A stretch of DNA of 64,000 nucleotides, taken from Lingula anatina. Its lineage: Eukaryota; Animalia; Brachiopoda. The notes under the pieces are model-generated. The model saw nothing but the letters and a program-made list of their open reading frames with translations. It was not told the DNA's origin and made no database searches. This document shows positions 20,301 to 33,600 of the stretch, one piece after another; position 1 is the stretch's first letter; each line of letters begins with the position of its first letter. The DNA lies in assembly GCA_051362555.1 (NCBI GenBank), contig CM120640.1, forward strand, positions 70,100,788 through 70,164,787, written 5' to 3'. A program made the translations under genes and the position numbers.

Positions 20301-23300
20301 GAGATTGAGAGAGAGAGAGAGAATCATACTTACTGAACGCAACCTTTGTGCCCTGTAGAGTGACCGAGAGCATAATATTGTGGAAGTCACAGAGAATATA
20401 ATGACTATAATGTCATACACAATGAATGTCAAACTAATATCATCCTCTGAAAAATAGTAAGATCACATACTATATGTATTCAATTTATTTAGTTTCACTT
20501 ATAACAGCAAGAAACTTTTGCCACTGTTAGTCTTATCTGATATTAATTGGTTTGTTTTGGTTACTTGAAAAAATCTTACTGGTGAACACTAAAGATTTCA
20601 ATCTCATTATTTTTATAATAACAACTTACCTATATTATCTTTTTCAACTTACCTGTATCGTCTATTTCATCTTCTTCATCACATGTAAATGGATTTGCAT
20701 CAGCATCCAGAGTGACAGGCATCTGTCCACTGTAGGCACTGTTGTCTAGCAAAATCTAAAGAAAAAATATATATATATTGGTGTATTATGCAGTCACCTA
20801 CTCAAAAACACTGGCATATCTTATAACTTACTGAATATAAATAGAGCCAGTCCTGAGTTTACATGCCAGTACTGTCATTTTGTGAATTTATGAAATTCTC
20901 ACGAATTCACTACATGTTGGCCAGCTTAGTTGCTTGTAGTTAATTGTCTTTATATTATCGGAGTACATGTAAATGTCACTGCAAGGCTACTGATTAATGA
21001 ATAGTTATAGTGAACAGCAGTAATTTAAGTCACATTGTAATTGACCAATCAGAGCCCTAGAATCCAACAAGAAGTACTGTATATAGTAATGCTTTTTTGA
21101 AAACTGGCATTGATTTAATTGAAGGCTGTATACATACAGTTATGTTGAAATCAAAGCACTCTGCTTCATTTCTTCCAAGATCAAAATTTTTCAGATGAAC
21201 ACTTCTCACAGAAAACTTGAACTCCATTTTGACCAAACTAAAAATCAAATTTAAGTGTTAAGAACTACAAAAAAATTTCAAAGAATGTTTTTTTTTTCCT
21301 TGAAATATCTTTAAGTTAATAGCATGTACAGTATCAATTGAATGGAAAAAAATTGAGTCAAAATTGTTACCATAATAATGGATATAAAACAGTAACTGAT
21401 TTCATGAAATAATAAACAGCAATGCAACTCTCTACCCCTCATGTACATGTACATAAGCATGCATAAACAACATTTTTTAATCAGAAAGTGTAATCATCAG
21501 GACATCTTTTCAGGGAAATCCTTCAGTATGAGTACAGTATGAGTACACATAAACAATGACAAATTTACAGGGTGGTCCATAAAAAACGACCTATTTAACT
21601 TTCCACCTCGATTTTGATATAATTAAGATATTTCCAACTTTCTTTCACCAAACTGTTCCATAAGGATGACCATTTTATCCTTGCAAATTCTGCAGCAATT
21701 GGAGACTTTTAAGGTAGTCAAATTTCAAACATCATCTCATGTCCATGTCTCAATTCCCCAGATTTCTTTCTTTGGGGTACCTTACACTTTGAAGACCAGC
21801 ATATGAAGAGAATTAAGTATTATGGAACAGTCCAGCTGACATGATTGCAAGAGTCACTGCCAATTTCAATGTTCGTGTGGGCACCGTTATTCAACAGCAA
21901 GGAATGAGGATAGAGCACATTGTCAATTATTGAAATATCACTACCTTAAAGGTTTCCAATTTCTACAGAATTTGCAAGGATAAAATGGTCATCCTTATTG
22001 AACAATTTGATGAAAGAAAGTTGGAAATACCACATGTATATCAAAATTGAGATGAAAAGTCAAACAGGTTGTTTTTTATGGACCACCCTGTATATATTGT
22101 CTTCGAATGAGATTCATACCAACCTATCGAAATCAATTGTCTTGTTTATTTTTTGCAAGTATACTTTTATATCATAGGAATATTCTGTGGAGTTGGTTGT
22201 GTTGTTCCAGAATTCACAGTCACTCTTTGTTAAAGCTATACATTCTGAAAAAAATTATGTTTAGATGTGTACATCTCACCACCTCAATGATCCATCCATG
22301 CAGTGAAAGTCACATTAGCTTATCAATAGCATAAGTTATGTTCAGACCAAACACAGAGAAAAAAAGTTTAAGATACCTGAGGAAATCTTTTCATGTTTCC
22401 ATCATAAAAAAACAGAAGTAGTCCCCATTTATCTGAGCCCACTCACCTTCTACTGGCTGCTTATGAAAGCTGTAGGATCCATTCCTAGGATTTACCCAGC
22501 CATCTCTAAAGAATGTCTTACACAAATACATGGGAGGAAATGTGTGGTTCTTAGCATTGGGTGTGAACGACCCTATGGAGTTTGGCCATACTTCATTATA
22601 CTGAAATATAAAAGTGAAAATGTAAACTGATTTGCAATAATAAAATCTGAAGAGCAGACAGGTGATTCAGACAGCAAGATACAAATTTAAAATTTCACAA
22701 ATAATATGGAAACCAGTCCAAAAGTTTAACTCTGTGCCATGTAAGAGAGCAATACAAAAATGAAATATGAAACATGGTGAATTTGAAGCATTGTGCCAAC
22801 TGACTAAAGTTGACAGAACTTAACCAGAATAATATCCCTGGATAAATTCTGTGAGCTTGTTATTCACTGCCACACTAACTTGCCAGTCTCCATTATTCCT
22901 GATCCCACTCTCCTCCAAATCTTCCAAAATCTCACTTTTATACTTAGTCGCAAGACTTTGGGTGATCTTCGATGATTCCCATTGCCGCTCTTTTTTTTTT
23001 TACAATTTCTTATCTATATAAGTCCTGAACACTTTGACCAGAATGTTGTTTTTTCTTACCATTTTCCATGCATGATTTAGTTTCAGATAAAAGTCATCAA
23101 TGGTGTAGACAGCAAAAATCCCCAGAGGAGCAGGATAGGGCAGAGTTTCATAAGCAGGATCCCAGCCTTGTAGAAACAGGTGCTTGAATGACACAGTTGA
23201 CTTGATCAAAAAGTTAACATGGGAAGAGCGGTCATACCCAAACCACACCAACTATAGTATAAAAGAACAAATGAAAACTACAATTAAACAGCAAATTCTA

Positions 23301-25207
23301 TTTTCTCTACCTAAAATTAAAATTGTTATTTATCAATTTAAGAGCTTTGAAACCAATGAAGCTTTTGGTCTACACAGATCAATCTAACTCCATAGGGATT
23401 CTTGCTTAATTGCACATTTACAACCCTCCTCTTGTTTCTAATGTACTTATATAATAAACAACTTTTCTTCTCAATGCCTGTTAAACTGATTGCATGCAGT
23501 GAGTGTCCCCATGGAGTTGGATCGATCTACATAGGCTGATAGCTTCAGTGGGAACAAGTCCTTAAAATTACATTTTCACTCTCAAAAAGAATAATTATTT
23601 GCAACAAAGTTTCAATGATAAAGTTAAAAAAAACAAAAAAACATGTAGGTGATGACCATTTAAAATGCTTAATTGGTCCATTTAATCTTTCTGAATCAAA
23701 AATTGTCATCTCACAGACTTTGTATGCTCTGAATGATATCTAGCATAGTTGCACACTAAAAAATTGCTGTAAAAAGTTGCAAACACATTTCCAAAGATTC
23801 AAACATATTTTATCATTTTTACTGTAAATTTTTCTATGAAACCCCACATAATATACCTGTCCAGTGACTAGTACTATTTTAAGAAGCTGTATAATCATTT
23901 TCCATGGAAACCTTCTCTTAGTGGTCCACTTTTGACATGGTGTCATAAAGTGAAATTTCAGTTTTCTTCTCAATGTGTCCTCCATGTGAGGGGTGTAAAA
24001 AGAAGATCCACGTACGAAGGACGGCCTTTGGCGCTCATAACTGTGTGTTGACCTTTGGCGCCCTTGGCTGTGTGTTGTCCTATGACTTCCATGGCTATGA
24101 CGTGATGATTCCCTGTTGCAAAGGTTTTCTAGGTTTTCATCAGATGGAGACTCTGAAACTGATTGCAAAACAAAACTTTAATAATTAATTATTTTATTTT
24201 CCTAAACTGGGAAGAGCAGCACATCTCTGTTCTACAGTTTATCTAACCTTGAATATTCAAAGACAATCTAAAAAAAGAGAATCTAATGAGACTTCTGTTG
24301 TCTGAACAACTCCACTTTCCTCTGTTTGTTTTTGTGTCCAAAATGAATGCATTATCCTAGCTATTATAGTAACAAAATCATCACAATTGTCCTACTCAAA
24401 GAACCTCATTTTAATGCACATTAGAATAATTTAAAGTGAAAAAGCAGAGATTATCAGAATCATATTTATACAGACATTACTTATGACCAATTTAATTAGG
24501 AAACTGTACATTTGTTTTCTATCTTAAATGCCCCCATACCACTGGTTACAAGACCACTTCTTCCTCTTTCCTTATAACCCTAAACCATGACTCAATATGT
24601 CCGCTTAAATTAATCATTGCTCCATAATCAGTATATCTGAACCCTTCACATGCATTACCAGACTCCCCAAAAAGCACAGAGAATTGACATACATGTACCA
24701 GTAGCTTAAAATAAAGATTAAAGCACAGATAATAAATATGGAAATTCATCTGGATTTACTTTTTTATAATTTAAACTTACCATCCACCAGCATACCAAAA
24801 CTGCTGATAAACTGGAGCTCCTTATTACCCGATCTATGAGACATTTTAGCTGTTTAGTAGCCAAAAAAATAAAACAACATTTAATGTGTGTCAGCACACA
24901 CTGTTAACAGATTAACTGAGAGCTGTTATCATTTCATGATGGAAAGTTTGGTTTTAATCCATCAGATGATCAAGACTAGTCCATGAAGGCAAAGCATTGT
25001 GATTAACTGTCAATTCATTTGTATTGATAACATCATATGCATTGCATGGGACCATTTGTATAGATAATTGATAGCACTTGCATCATGTATATACTGTTGT
25101 ATTATATGATCTAAGCCTGTTATATATCAGACATTTATACCATGTGTCTTTTGCACACAATAACTGACATCTCCCTGGGTCTCCTCAGAAAATCTGCAGT
25201 TCTTCAT
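17318..25207 (-). CDS. MCOLN: Mucolipin (TRPML) cation channel, paralogue B
   Basis: Same exon series as A: tentative first exon 25141-25207, then approximately 23857-24158, 23059-23251, 22447-22600, 22143-22243, 21137-21236, 20652-20754, 20333-20445, 19917-20067, 18827-18928, 18374-18496, 17918-18127, 17553-17698, 17318-17378. Pore SLVNGDDMF; C-terminus EYSSLV. Confidence 0.92.
21568..22090 (+). mobile_element. Internally deleted Tc1/mariner transposon
   Basis: TA TSD, long imperfect TIRs beginning CAGGGTGGTCCATAAAAAAC, internal transposase remnants PDFFLWG (about 21758) and MIARVTANFNVRVGTVIQQQGMRIEHIVNY* (21841-21933). Confidence 0.85.
23376..23529. mobile_element. Degenerate foldback/MITE related to 12775-12991
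   Basis: AGATCAATCTAACTCCATAGGG...CCCCATGGAGTTGGATCGATCT inverted ends. Confidence 0.6.
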
Positions 25208-27609
25208 CTGTCAGAAACAATAAAAGCCATGTAAGCAGGCCAATACAAATAATGGGGAAATTGACTTATTGAACTGTAAAAAAGGGATCCGATGCGTGTG
25301 TCTCAATATTGTAAAGCTGTATTGTATAGAGAGATTAATCCTGATCTTATAATCTCAGGCATTTCTGCTGACATGGACATCAAGGAGTTGAGAGAATTAT
25401 TGCAATTACAGGTTGTTATCACATGACCTGACAGTGGAGAAGGGACGCTGGTTCAGTGTCCCTTTAGAGGATCGGAAACGTATCTGTGGTACCTGTGACT
25501 TTTTTTTTCTTTTGTGGAGTCTGCCTAAAGCAGTATTTGCTTAACAAGTCTGACATTAACTTAATCATCCATGACAATGTTATTAGGTCAATTTTTCTAC
25601 CAAGTTCAGTATGTGTCTGCTAATTAATTGTTATGTTGTATATGTCCTTCCTGTGACTGGCTGGTGTATATCTCTGTATAGGGGTGGGTGGGGGGTCAGG
25701 AGGCATAAATACAATACCCAATATTCACACATGTGGAAAACTTTCAATGCTAGTTGTTACCAGCCTCCTACAAGTGAAAAGCAAACTGTAAGCAAACTGT
25801 AAGTGTGTCAATTGATAATACATGTACCAACATGTATCAGTATCTACTGTGAATGTCTCCATCAAAATGACAGGATTCACAAAATTCAAGTAATAATGTG
25901 AAAGTTCTTTTTTAAATATCCTAAAAGAATTACAAAAATAACAAAATTCCTTCCTACAAAAATGCAGCTTTATTTTCTAATTAATGCCACTGATATGATG
26001 TGGATGATTATGATCTAAGAAACATGGTTTTTATTTGGCAATGGTAAAGTACTACCTGGTTTTTAGTGAAAAAATAGGAAAAATGTTCCTTAAAATACAA
26101 TAATGAAACCTATGATGTGTCAAAACTAAACAAAGTCTTAACATTTTATTTCTGAGAAAAATGCCATTTGTGTCTGGATTGCAAATGTTATCAACTGCCA
26201 CCAAGTTTTAAACTTTCAGCTATGAATGTGCAATTAACTTAATTTACACCATATTCATTACCTGAGATATACCTCTATTTTTTGCACTGGTTAGCTAAAA
26301 TTTAATTAAAGATTGTCAAAGAGTTTAAAATGACTGAACAAAAGTGGGTGAATATTGCTGTAGAGACAGGTAATAAAAAGAAAACTTTATTCCCTATACA
26401 CATTTCTGAAATAGGGAAATTTATGTCCCACTACTCTCAATATCTATAGCTATGACAATGAATTCATCTTATGATAAAAGCAGAACTGGATTTTGTGAGC
26501 CTTTTGGAACCTCATGATTTGCTTACTTCACAAGACATTTACACTCTGAATGTCCGACTGCAGCCCTAAAAAAGTACCCTTCAAAGGAGAAAGTGATCTT
26601 TTCTAAACAACTGTACATGCAATGCTTGGCCTTATAAATTTAACATGTAATCACATTTATAAATATTACTCTGCTTTCACAATTACAGAGAAATGTCAAA
26701 CATCGGATGTGACCAATATAACATGATAAAACTCATATGCAGGAAGACAATAATGCAGGAAGACAATAAACAGAAAACATTATCAACATACTGTATGTAT
26801 ACTACCTCATCCATAACATCTGACAAATTATATGTTACCATCAACTTATTTTGCAGAACCATACTCTCACTAGTTTCCAATAGTCTTCACAAAATACTCA
26901 GGACTGCCAACACACATGCAGTGGGTGTTTATTGTATTATCAGTGACAAAAAAAACATCCAAAAAACATGGTAGTACACAGTTAACAACATGTAGATCAT
27001 ATATAAATGTGTAGAACTGGTCACCTTGACATGTTTATTTGGAAAAGAAAACCCCTTGAACAGTCTCATGCCTACCAATTCTTAATGGCAGGGCAAAATT
27101 TTAACGAGCTATTGACCACTTAACAATAGTGTGTGCTTAACAACATCTTTTATTTCCCTTTAGTTTTGATATTGGCCACAATGCCTGTTACAATGTAACA
27201 TTCCAATTGTATCTCGGCAACACTGGCCAATGGAAATGTAAGATGAAGTATTTGATTCAGAGAAACTTGAACTCATAAAATATGACTCTCAGGACACAAG
27301 TACCTTAGAGAACATTTTCCTTACCAAAATATCAGGCCTGCTACAAATTTGCAGTGAATTTGCAGCAAATTTGCTGGATTATTGCATTCTGGCTGCAAAT
27401 AAGCAGCAATAAATTTTTTCTTGATAACTCCTGCAAACTCGTTGTTGCAATATGGCTGCAAACTTTTCATACTGCTAAGGGAATTTGATACTAGGAATGA
27501 AATGAACAAAAATATGAAAAAAGTTTGCCTCCTGAAAATGCCCTTTACAATCTCAGTTACTATCACATGGTTCTGGTGACCTTCACTGCCCTGTAATGTC
27601 CTTTATTCT

Positions 27610-30600
27610 TCACGTTTCTACATTTCTGTTCAATAGGCTGGTCCTCTCATTTGGTTCATCGACATCATGCCTGAAATGAAAATGACACTTGATATTGATA
27701 TCTGAGAGTTAAATCAAACCCCAGGTATCAAACTAATAATATCATCAAAGGATAATCATGAAATTCTTACCAAGATTGACAGCTGTCAATCTTTTTGTAC
27801 CACACCCCATTTCATCCACACTTGACAGAAAGCACTGATTTTTATTAAATCACAACAAAAGCTGACAGGTACGAAAACTGTCTGAATTCTCAGAAAAAAA
27901 AGGGCAGACCTACCTCTTGCAGCAGGGGAGGCAATCAAATAGATTGCAGGCCCTCCTGTCGTCCTCTGCCCTGTAGTGTGGAGAGGTATGGTCCTCATCT
28001 GTCTCTGCTATAAACGACATCAAGTCGCCATGGGGCTGAAAACCACCTTCACTGTACGATTCCTGGAAGTATGGGTTACAAAACTTTCAATTGTGAACCA
28101 ATCAGAAAAATCGCATTCTAATGTTCAGGAAAATATTTCATATATTGTAAATAGGAAGTTGAGATGTCTGAACATTCATAAAAAGTTTGACGTCAAGTTA
28201 TATCATGATGAAATATATATATTCAGAGTAATCTTTTAGAATGATATATGCAAAATGTCACATTGCATAAAACAGACATAAGTTTAAACAAATTCGAAGC
28301 TTAAAGAATTATTACACATCACAACCATACAAACATAAAAGAATTATAATTTTCATGTGTCAATGATCAAAGTTTGCAGTATATGACTAAATATTATGAC
28401 TCTGTTATTAAATATTATGACTCAATCTGTTATCTGGTTATAAACATTGCTGCTATCAGAGCAAATTATAAAACCAAAGCACAACAATAAACAGTGCTTA
28501 TCATCAAATGGATGGGTGTTATCAAGTCACCAGAGTTAAATAAATGGCACATATTTGAATTAGATGTCATTTATTAAATTTTATCCTCCTATCCTGCTCT
28601 AACAGTGTGTAAAGGGTAAGCTCAGGTGCAGAAGTAGTAATTCATCGAAAAAAAAGAGCAATGGGCTTGCCTCATTACATAAACCTGTGTTATGAGATGG
28701 TGATCACATGATACCATTGTTGAATAAGTAAGCTATGTAAAGCCACTTGGGATTCTAACTCCAAAATTGATCAATTTCAATATCAAATATATATTTATAT
28801 ATATAATGATTACAAAGGTTATGATTCCATATTCATCAATATGATCTTTCTTTATTTCACTAAAAATTGGCCAACTGCATGAAATTACCACATCTGTAAA
28901 TCAATGTCTTTATAAATTCTAAACATGGTGTACAATGGATTTATATCATTCACCCCCAAATTATCCTCCACTTTGACCATGATCACTTGCACTGATTTTG
29001 TCAAATCAAAATGAATTTTAAGGACAGGACATTAATTTTGTTAACTCACCTGAGTGTGGCAGTTAACACAGATAGCTAATGATACATGCATACCTATCAG
29101 AATTCTAGGAAGGAACAACAAAGAATATGTCTTACTACTTATATCTATTGAATTTATGTTTTTTTTTATAAAGTATAGAGAATAATCAGTGAATGTTTTT
29201 AGTCACTCAGTTAAAATAAGAATGAGAAATATGTATAAATCAAATTCTGGAAGTGATATTAAGCAACTCCCTGATGCTGGGGTCTCAAAGTGATTACCAA
29301 GTGAAAGGTCGAGTTGAGACCGCAATGTTAGTAAGTTGCTAAATCCAGGTTGCAGAATTTGATTTACATGTATATATATATATATATTTCTCGTTATTGA
29401 GAATAAAATTGTATGAATGACAATATAGAAATACATAAACAATCTCAATCTCTGATGAAGAAGGTTAAATATAGTCCTTGCAACAGTGGAAAAAAGATAA
29501 CAGTAAAATACAAAAGAAAAAATATCATAAGAAATTACACAGCTGATGGAGTTTGTATTTGGCCAAGTAAACAATGAGGTAAAAAAAAAGATGTACTGTA
29601 AATACTTGATCTTTTGAATGGGGAAAATTGTGAGTTTTACAGATACTGTATTTTTTAAAGTAATAAACCTTAAAATTTTAACAAACTCTAGTTTTATTCT
29701 AATCAGTAAAAACATACAAAAATGCTACAGAGAAAAAAATTTTTAGTGATTCAAATATTATGTATCTGAAAGGTTGATAATTTTTCCCCACTGAAAAAAT
29801 CAAGTCATTACCGTATCTCAGTATGAAAATGGAATTCTTGTAAAAACACATTATCACCAGTTGCCCAGGGCACACCTACCTTTATACACTCATATGCATT
29901 TGTCAGTAATGCAATAAAAACATTTAGCACCACATAGATGAACAAGCTGTTGAAGACGTAGAGGTAGACACGGCTGAAGAACCAGATATTGCTGTTGACG
30001 AGCTTTGGATCAATGATGGCAAATGTTTCAAAGATGTCATCTCCATTCATCAGAGCAAACAAACACTCTGAGGCAGTGCTGACTGAACGGAACTGGAACA
30101 AATTGTGAAAAAAAATCAAATGAAGGACATTTCCAAAAATATAACTGCACAGTGCAGTTGTGATTTACTGTGCAGGTATGAACAAAATGTTCTTTAAGGT
30201 CAAGATTCACTAGTCTGCTTGCCATCTTTTACTTTGCAGATCGGTGTACCTTCTTCTTTTTTTTAAATTCTAAATATCATTAGCACATAAAACCAAGCCT
30301 GGTAATCAAACAGTCTAAATCTAAAACCAGTAGACAAACTTTACACATATATATCCAATAACTGTGTATGATAGCCCTCACCTTGACATGATAGGGACCT
30401 AGTACCACCCAACCACAGAACACAAACCCAAAGAAAAACATGAGAGCACAGATAAGATAACGGATCACTTCCGGAAAGGATTTCTTCATTGTCAGGATTA
30501 GGATCTGGAGGGAAAAAAAATGGGTATATTTTTAGTAAAAAGCTTAAATTATGTAATGAAGAGCCTTTAATATCAGCATATGATAATATCTTCACTGAGA

Positions 30601-33600
30601 TATAGTTTTTTCTTTAATTATACCTTTAGTTATGCAGCTTACGTGTTGTTCATTTTTCCAAAAACTTTTTATCCTTTAATGAATTTAAAATTACACAAAA
30701 TTCATTTTTACCCTTTTATGAATTTAACATTACACAAATTTCAATCTTTATTCACATGTTAATATTTTCTTTCCTGTTAACTAGAAAGGAGAACTTACAT
30801 TGTACTTCTCAAAGAAGCTGAGATACCTCAAGATACCAAACCATGCAAACAGACTCCCAGTGCCCAGAGTCAGCCCACAGATCTCATAGTAGTCTATGTT
30901 CTGGAAAAACATTCATAACATTCAATCCAAAAATGGTGGACGTAAAACAAAATACCCTAGTTAAATTAAACAACATATGCCCTCAATTGAGATTACTCAA
31001 CTAAAAAGACTGAGTGAAGCAAAATGTTGGCCTAATACATCAACTATGCCCATGTCTATCTGAAATCTGTCCCTTTATACAGTAATGTGACATGTGTTAA
31101 GAACAGCTACTGGTCACTTATGTGGGGCCAGTAGTCACTGGCATGAAGACTAACACCCCGTTCACACTACGCTCAGTTATCCGGATAAATTGCGAATTAG
31201 GTCACAATTCGAATAAATGCAGTAGTGTGAACGCAAGAGGATTTTTGTAATGCGCATTTTCAAAATCCTGCAAGCGTGGTAGATTTCTAAGCGCGATCCG
31301 GATAACTTACCGGAATCGACACCTGTACAGATCTTACTGCGCATGTGTGCAGATAAGTGCGGGTATCTATGAACGCTTGTTTATTACTTTAGCGATTGCA
31401 CCAAACGTATTTGGAGGTCACCACTTACTACAACATGAGGAAACAAACTTATTTTGCCATCTTATACTTCTCAAGAATGCTGGAATGTCTTTAGAGTTGC
31501 ATTTGTCGTCACAAATTTTTGTTGGTATTTTAAGATTTCCTGTGCGGCGCATGCGCGAGTGTTCAAAACAGGAAGTTAAACCTGAAATTTTCAATGTGTA
31601 ATTCGGTTTCGCTTAGCGTGTGTGAACACAATACCGAATCGAATTCCTCACGAAAAATTCGGATTATAGAAATGCGCATTTTTGCAACTGTAGTGTGAAT
31701 GGGGTATAATAGTATTTGGTCTAACTGTATTAACATGCTTATCACATGGATCAAAGTTGTAAAAATTGAAAAGGCTAAAAACAGCTTGCAATTTCAAGTC
31801 CTGTTTAGACTGAACAAAAAAGCTCAAAACAAAGACAGTAAATCCTGAAACCAGGCATAATCCTGAAAACATTCACTCGTCAGCAAGCTAGACAGGTGGA
31901 AAAATTGTCAAATTAAGCACTAAGTTTTAAGCAATTATTTCTGCAGATTGGGGTGTATTTTTCCATGCGAAACATAAGTATTAGGAATAGCAATATCTAT
32001 CTCAGGGTTGCTATCATTAATAAAGAATTTTTCTGATTTTTTTTAAATGAAACCTGTGGCTGTAGCTAAAAAGGATAAAACAAGCATGTTTGTAAGCTTA
32101 AGATAATAGAAAAAAAAAAAAACTTACAAAAATAGTAGTCGAGATTTGGACACCTGCACTCTGACTGTATCTCTATGCAACATATAACAAATTAACAAAC
32201 TCATAAGACAAAACAGCATATACCACAAAAACTATAATCCAGCATATTTGTCAAATAAAAGGGAAGTCTGGCAATAAAATAATGAGGTAACATCACAAAA
32301 ACAAACAGACATCAAACAAACTGTAAACACTACACTTAAATTGATAAAAGTGACAGATTTTAAGTGATTCATCCTTCAGTTCTCACCTCAGCTTCCACCA
32401 TAATTTTACAGCCTGACCCTATGATGGTGATGACATCATTCACTATAATCAGTAGGTACCAAAAGTTGAGAAATTCCAGATGGTCTTCCCATGTTAGGGT
32501 TACCTGTCTCTGTTTCTTGAAAAATACTGCAGTTATCTACATAAAAAAAAATCCACTCACTGGTAGCATAAGATGACTAAGGCCTCGTTCACATGAAAAA
32601 TCTATTTTCTAAAAATCTATTTTCTATACGCGGTATCTTGTGATCACAGTCTTTGCCCTGAATACCCCGCGGCGTAATTACTGGCAGTGCGTGCCAGTTA
32701 CTTCCAAAGCCATAATTAATTCTCGGCTGCGCTCGGAGTGATCACAAGATACCGCGTATAGAAAACAGATTTTTTAGAAAAAAGATTTTTCATGTGAACG
32801 GAGTCTAAGAGAACATGTCTGAAGAAATATATATGTACCCCAACAGGACAAAGGAAAGAATACACACTATATTAATATAGGGTTAATTTATCATATCAAT
32901 GTAGATAAACTGAGAAAAAACTTAAAGACTTTTTATCAAAGTTGGGAAAAGTTTATCAAGAAATGAGCAGAAATAACCACAAAGTTCTGGAGCTCACAAG
33001 GGCCATGATACAAATAATGATGATAGAGACTTAATATACAATTTTAATCCTCACATTTCAATTAAAACATGTAAGCTAAACTTGTATTAAACAATGGTGA
33101 AAATTTGTGAATATCCATGAATATGGCAACGGAAATCCAATATGAATGTAATTAATCACACTTTTCATTAATTCGAATAACCATTTATTTCAATATTATA
33201 CTTACTTTTCTTAGTTTCTGAGATCTGTAGAGGGAGCGGATACATAAGCACCCAGAAATTGTTGAAATTAGGATGACCAGGCCATCAAAGAAAATGATAA
33301 GATTCCTCACCACATGAGCTGAAAGGCATGTAGCAAAATGTTAGGAATACATGACTAGCTAGATATTAAGGAGAAGTTAAAGTTAACCTTTCCCTTTTAA
33401 ATCTGGTTGCTTTGTATTACAGTCAAAGATGCAAGTTCAATTAATCAATTACAAGACTCAATTCTTAAAATATCAAAATGTTTGAGAAATCAATATCTGG
33501 ACTTACAGACTTCTCCGTGATTATTAATCTTGCCACGGCAGGCAAATGTGTTTGGTGTAGACAACAACTTTACTGGTACTTGCCCATTGTAACCTGTGTT

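Noticed and set aside
7782-25207. TRPML A and B as an uncollapsed-haplotype artefact or pseudogenes
   Set aside because: Most introns are unalignable and carry different insertions; I found no stops or frameshifts in the exons I read. Read depth would settle it.
29203-29715. 170-aa hydrophobic ORF inside TRPML-C
   Set aside because: AT-rich intron sequence with F/I/L compositional bias; no recognisable domain and not needed for the TRPML exon chain.
30664-30745. About 40-bp two-copy intronic repeat (similar small ones near 28388 and 36155)
   Set aside because: Ordinary AT-rich duplications that do not touch a splice site; kept only as counter-examples for the enrichment test.
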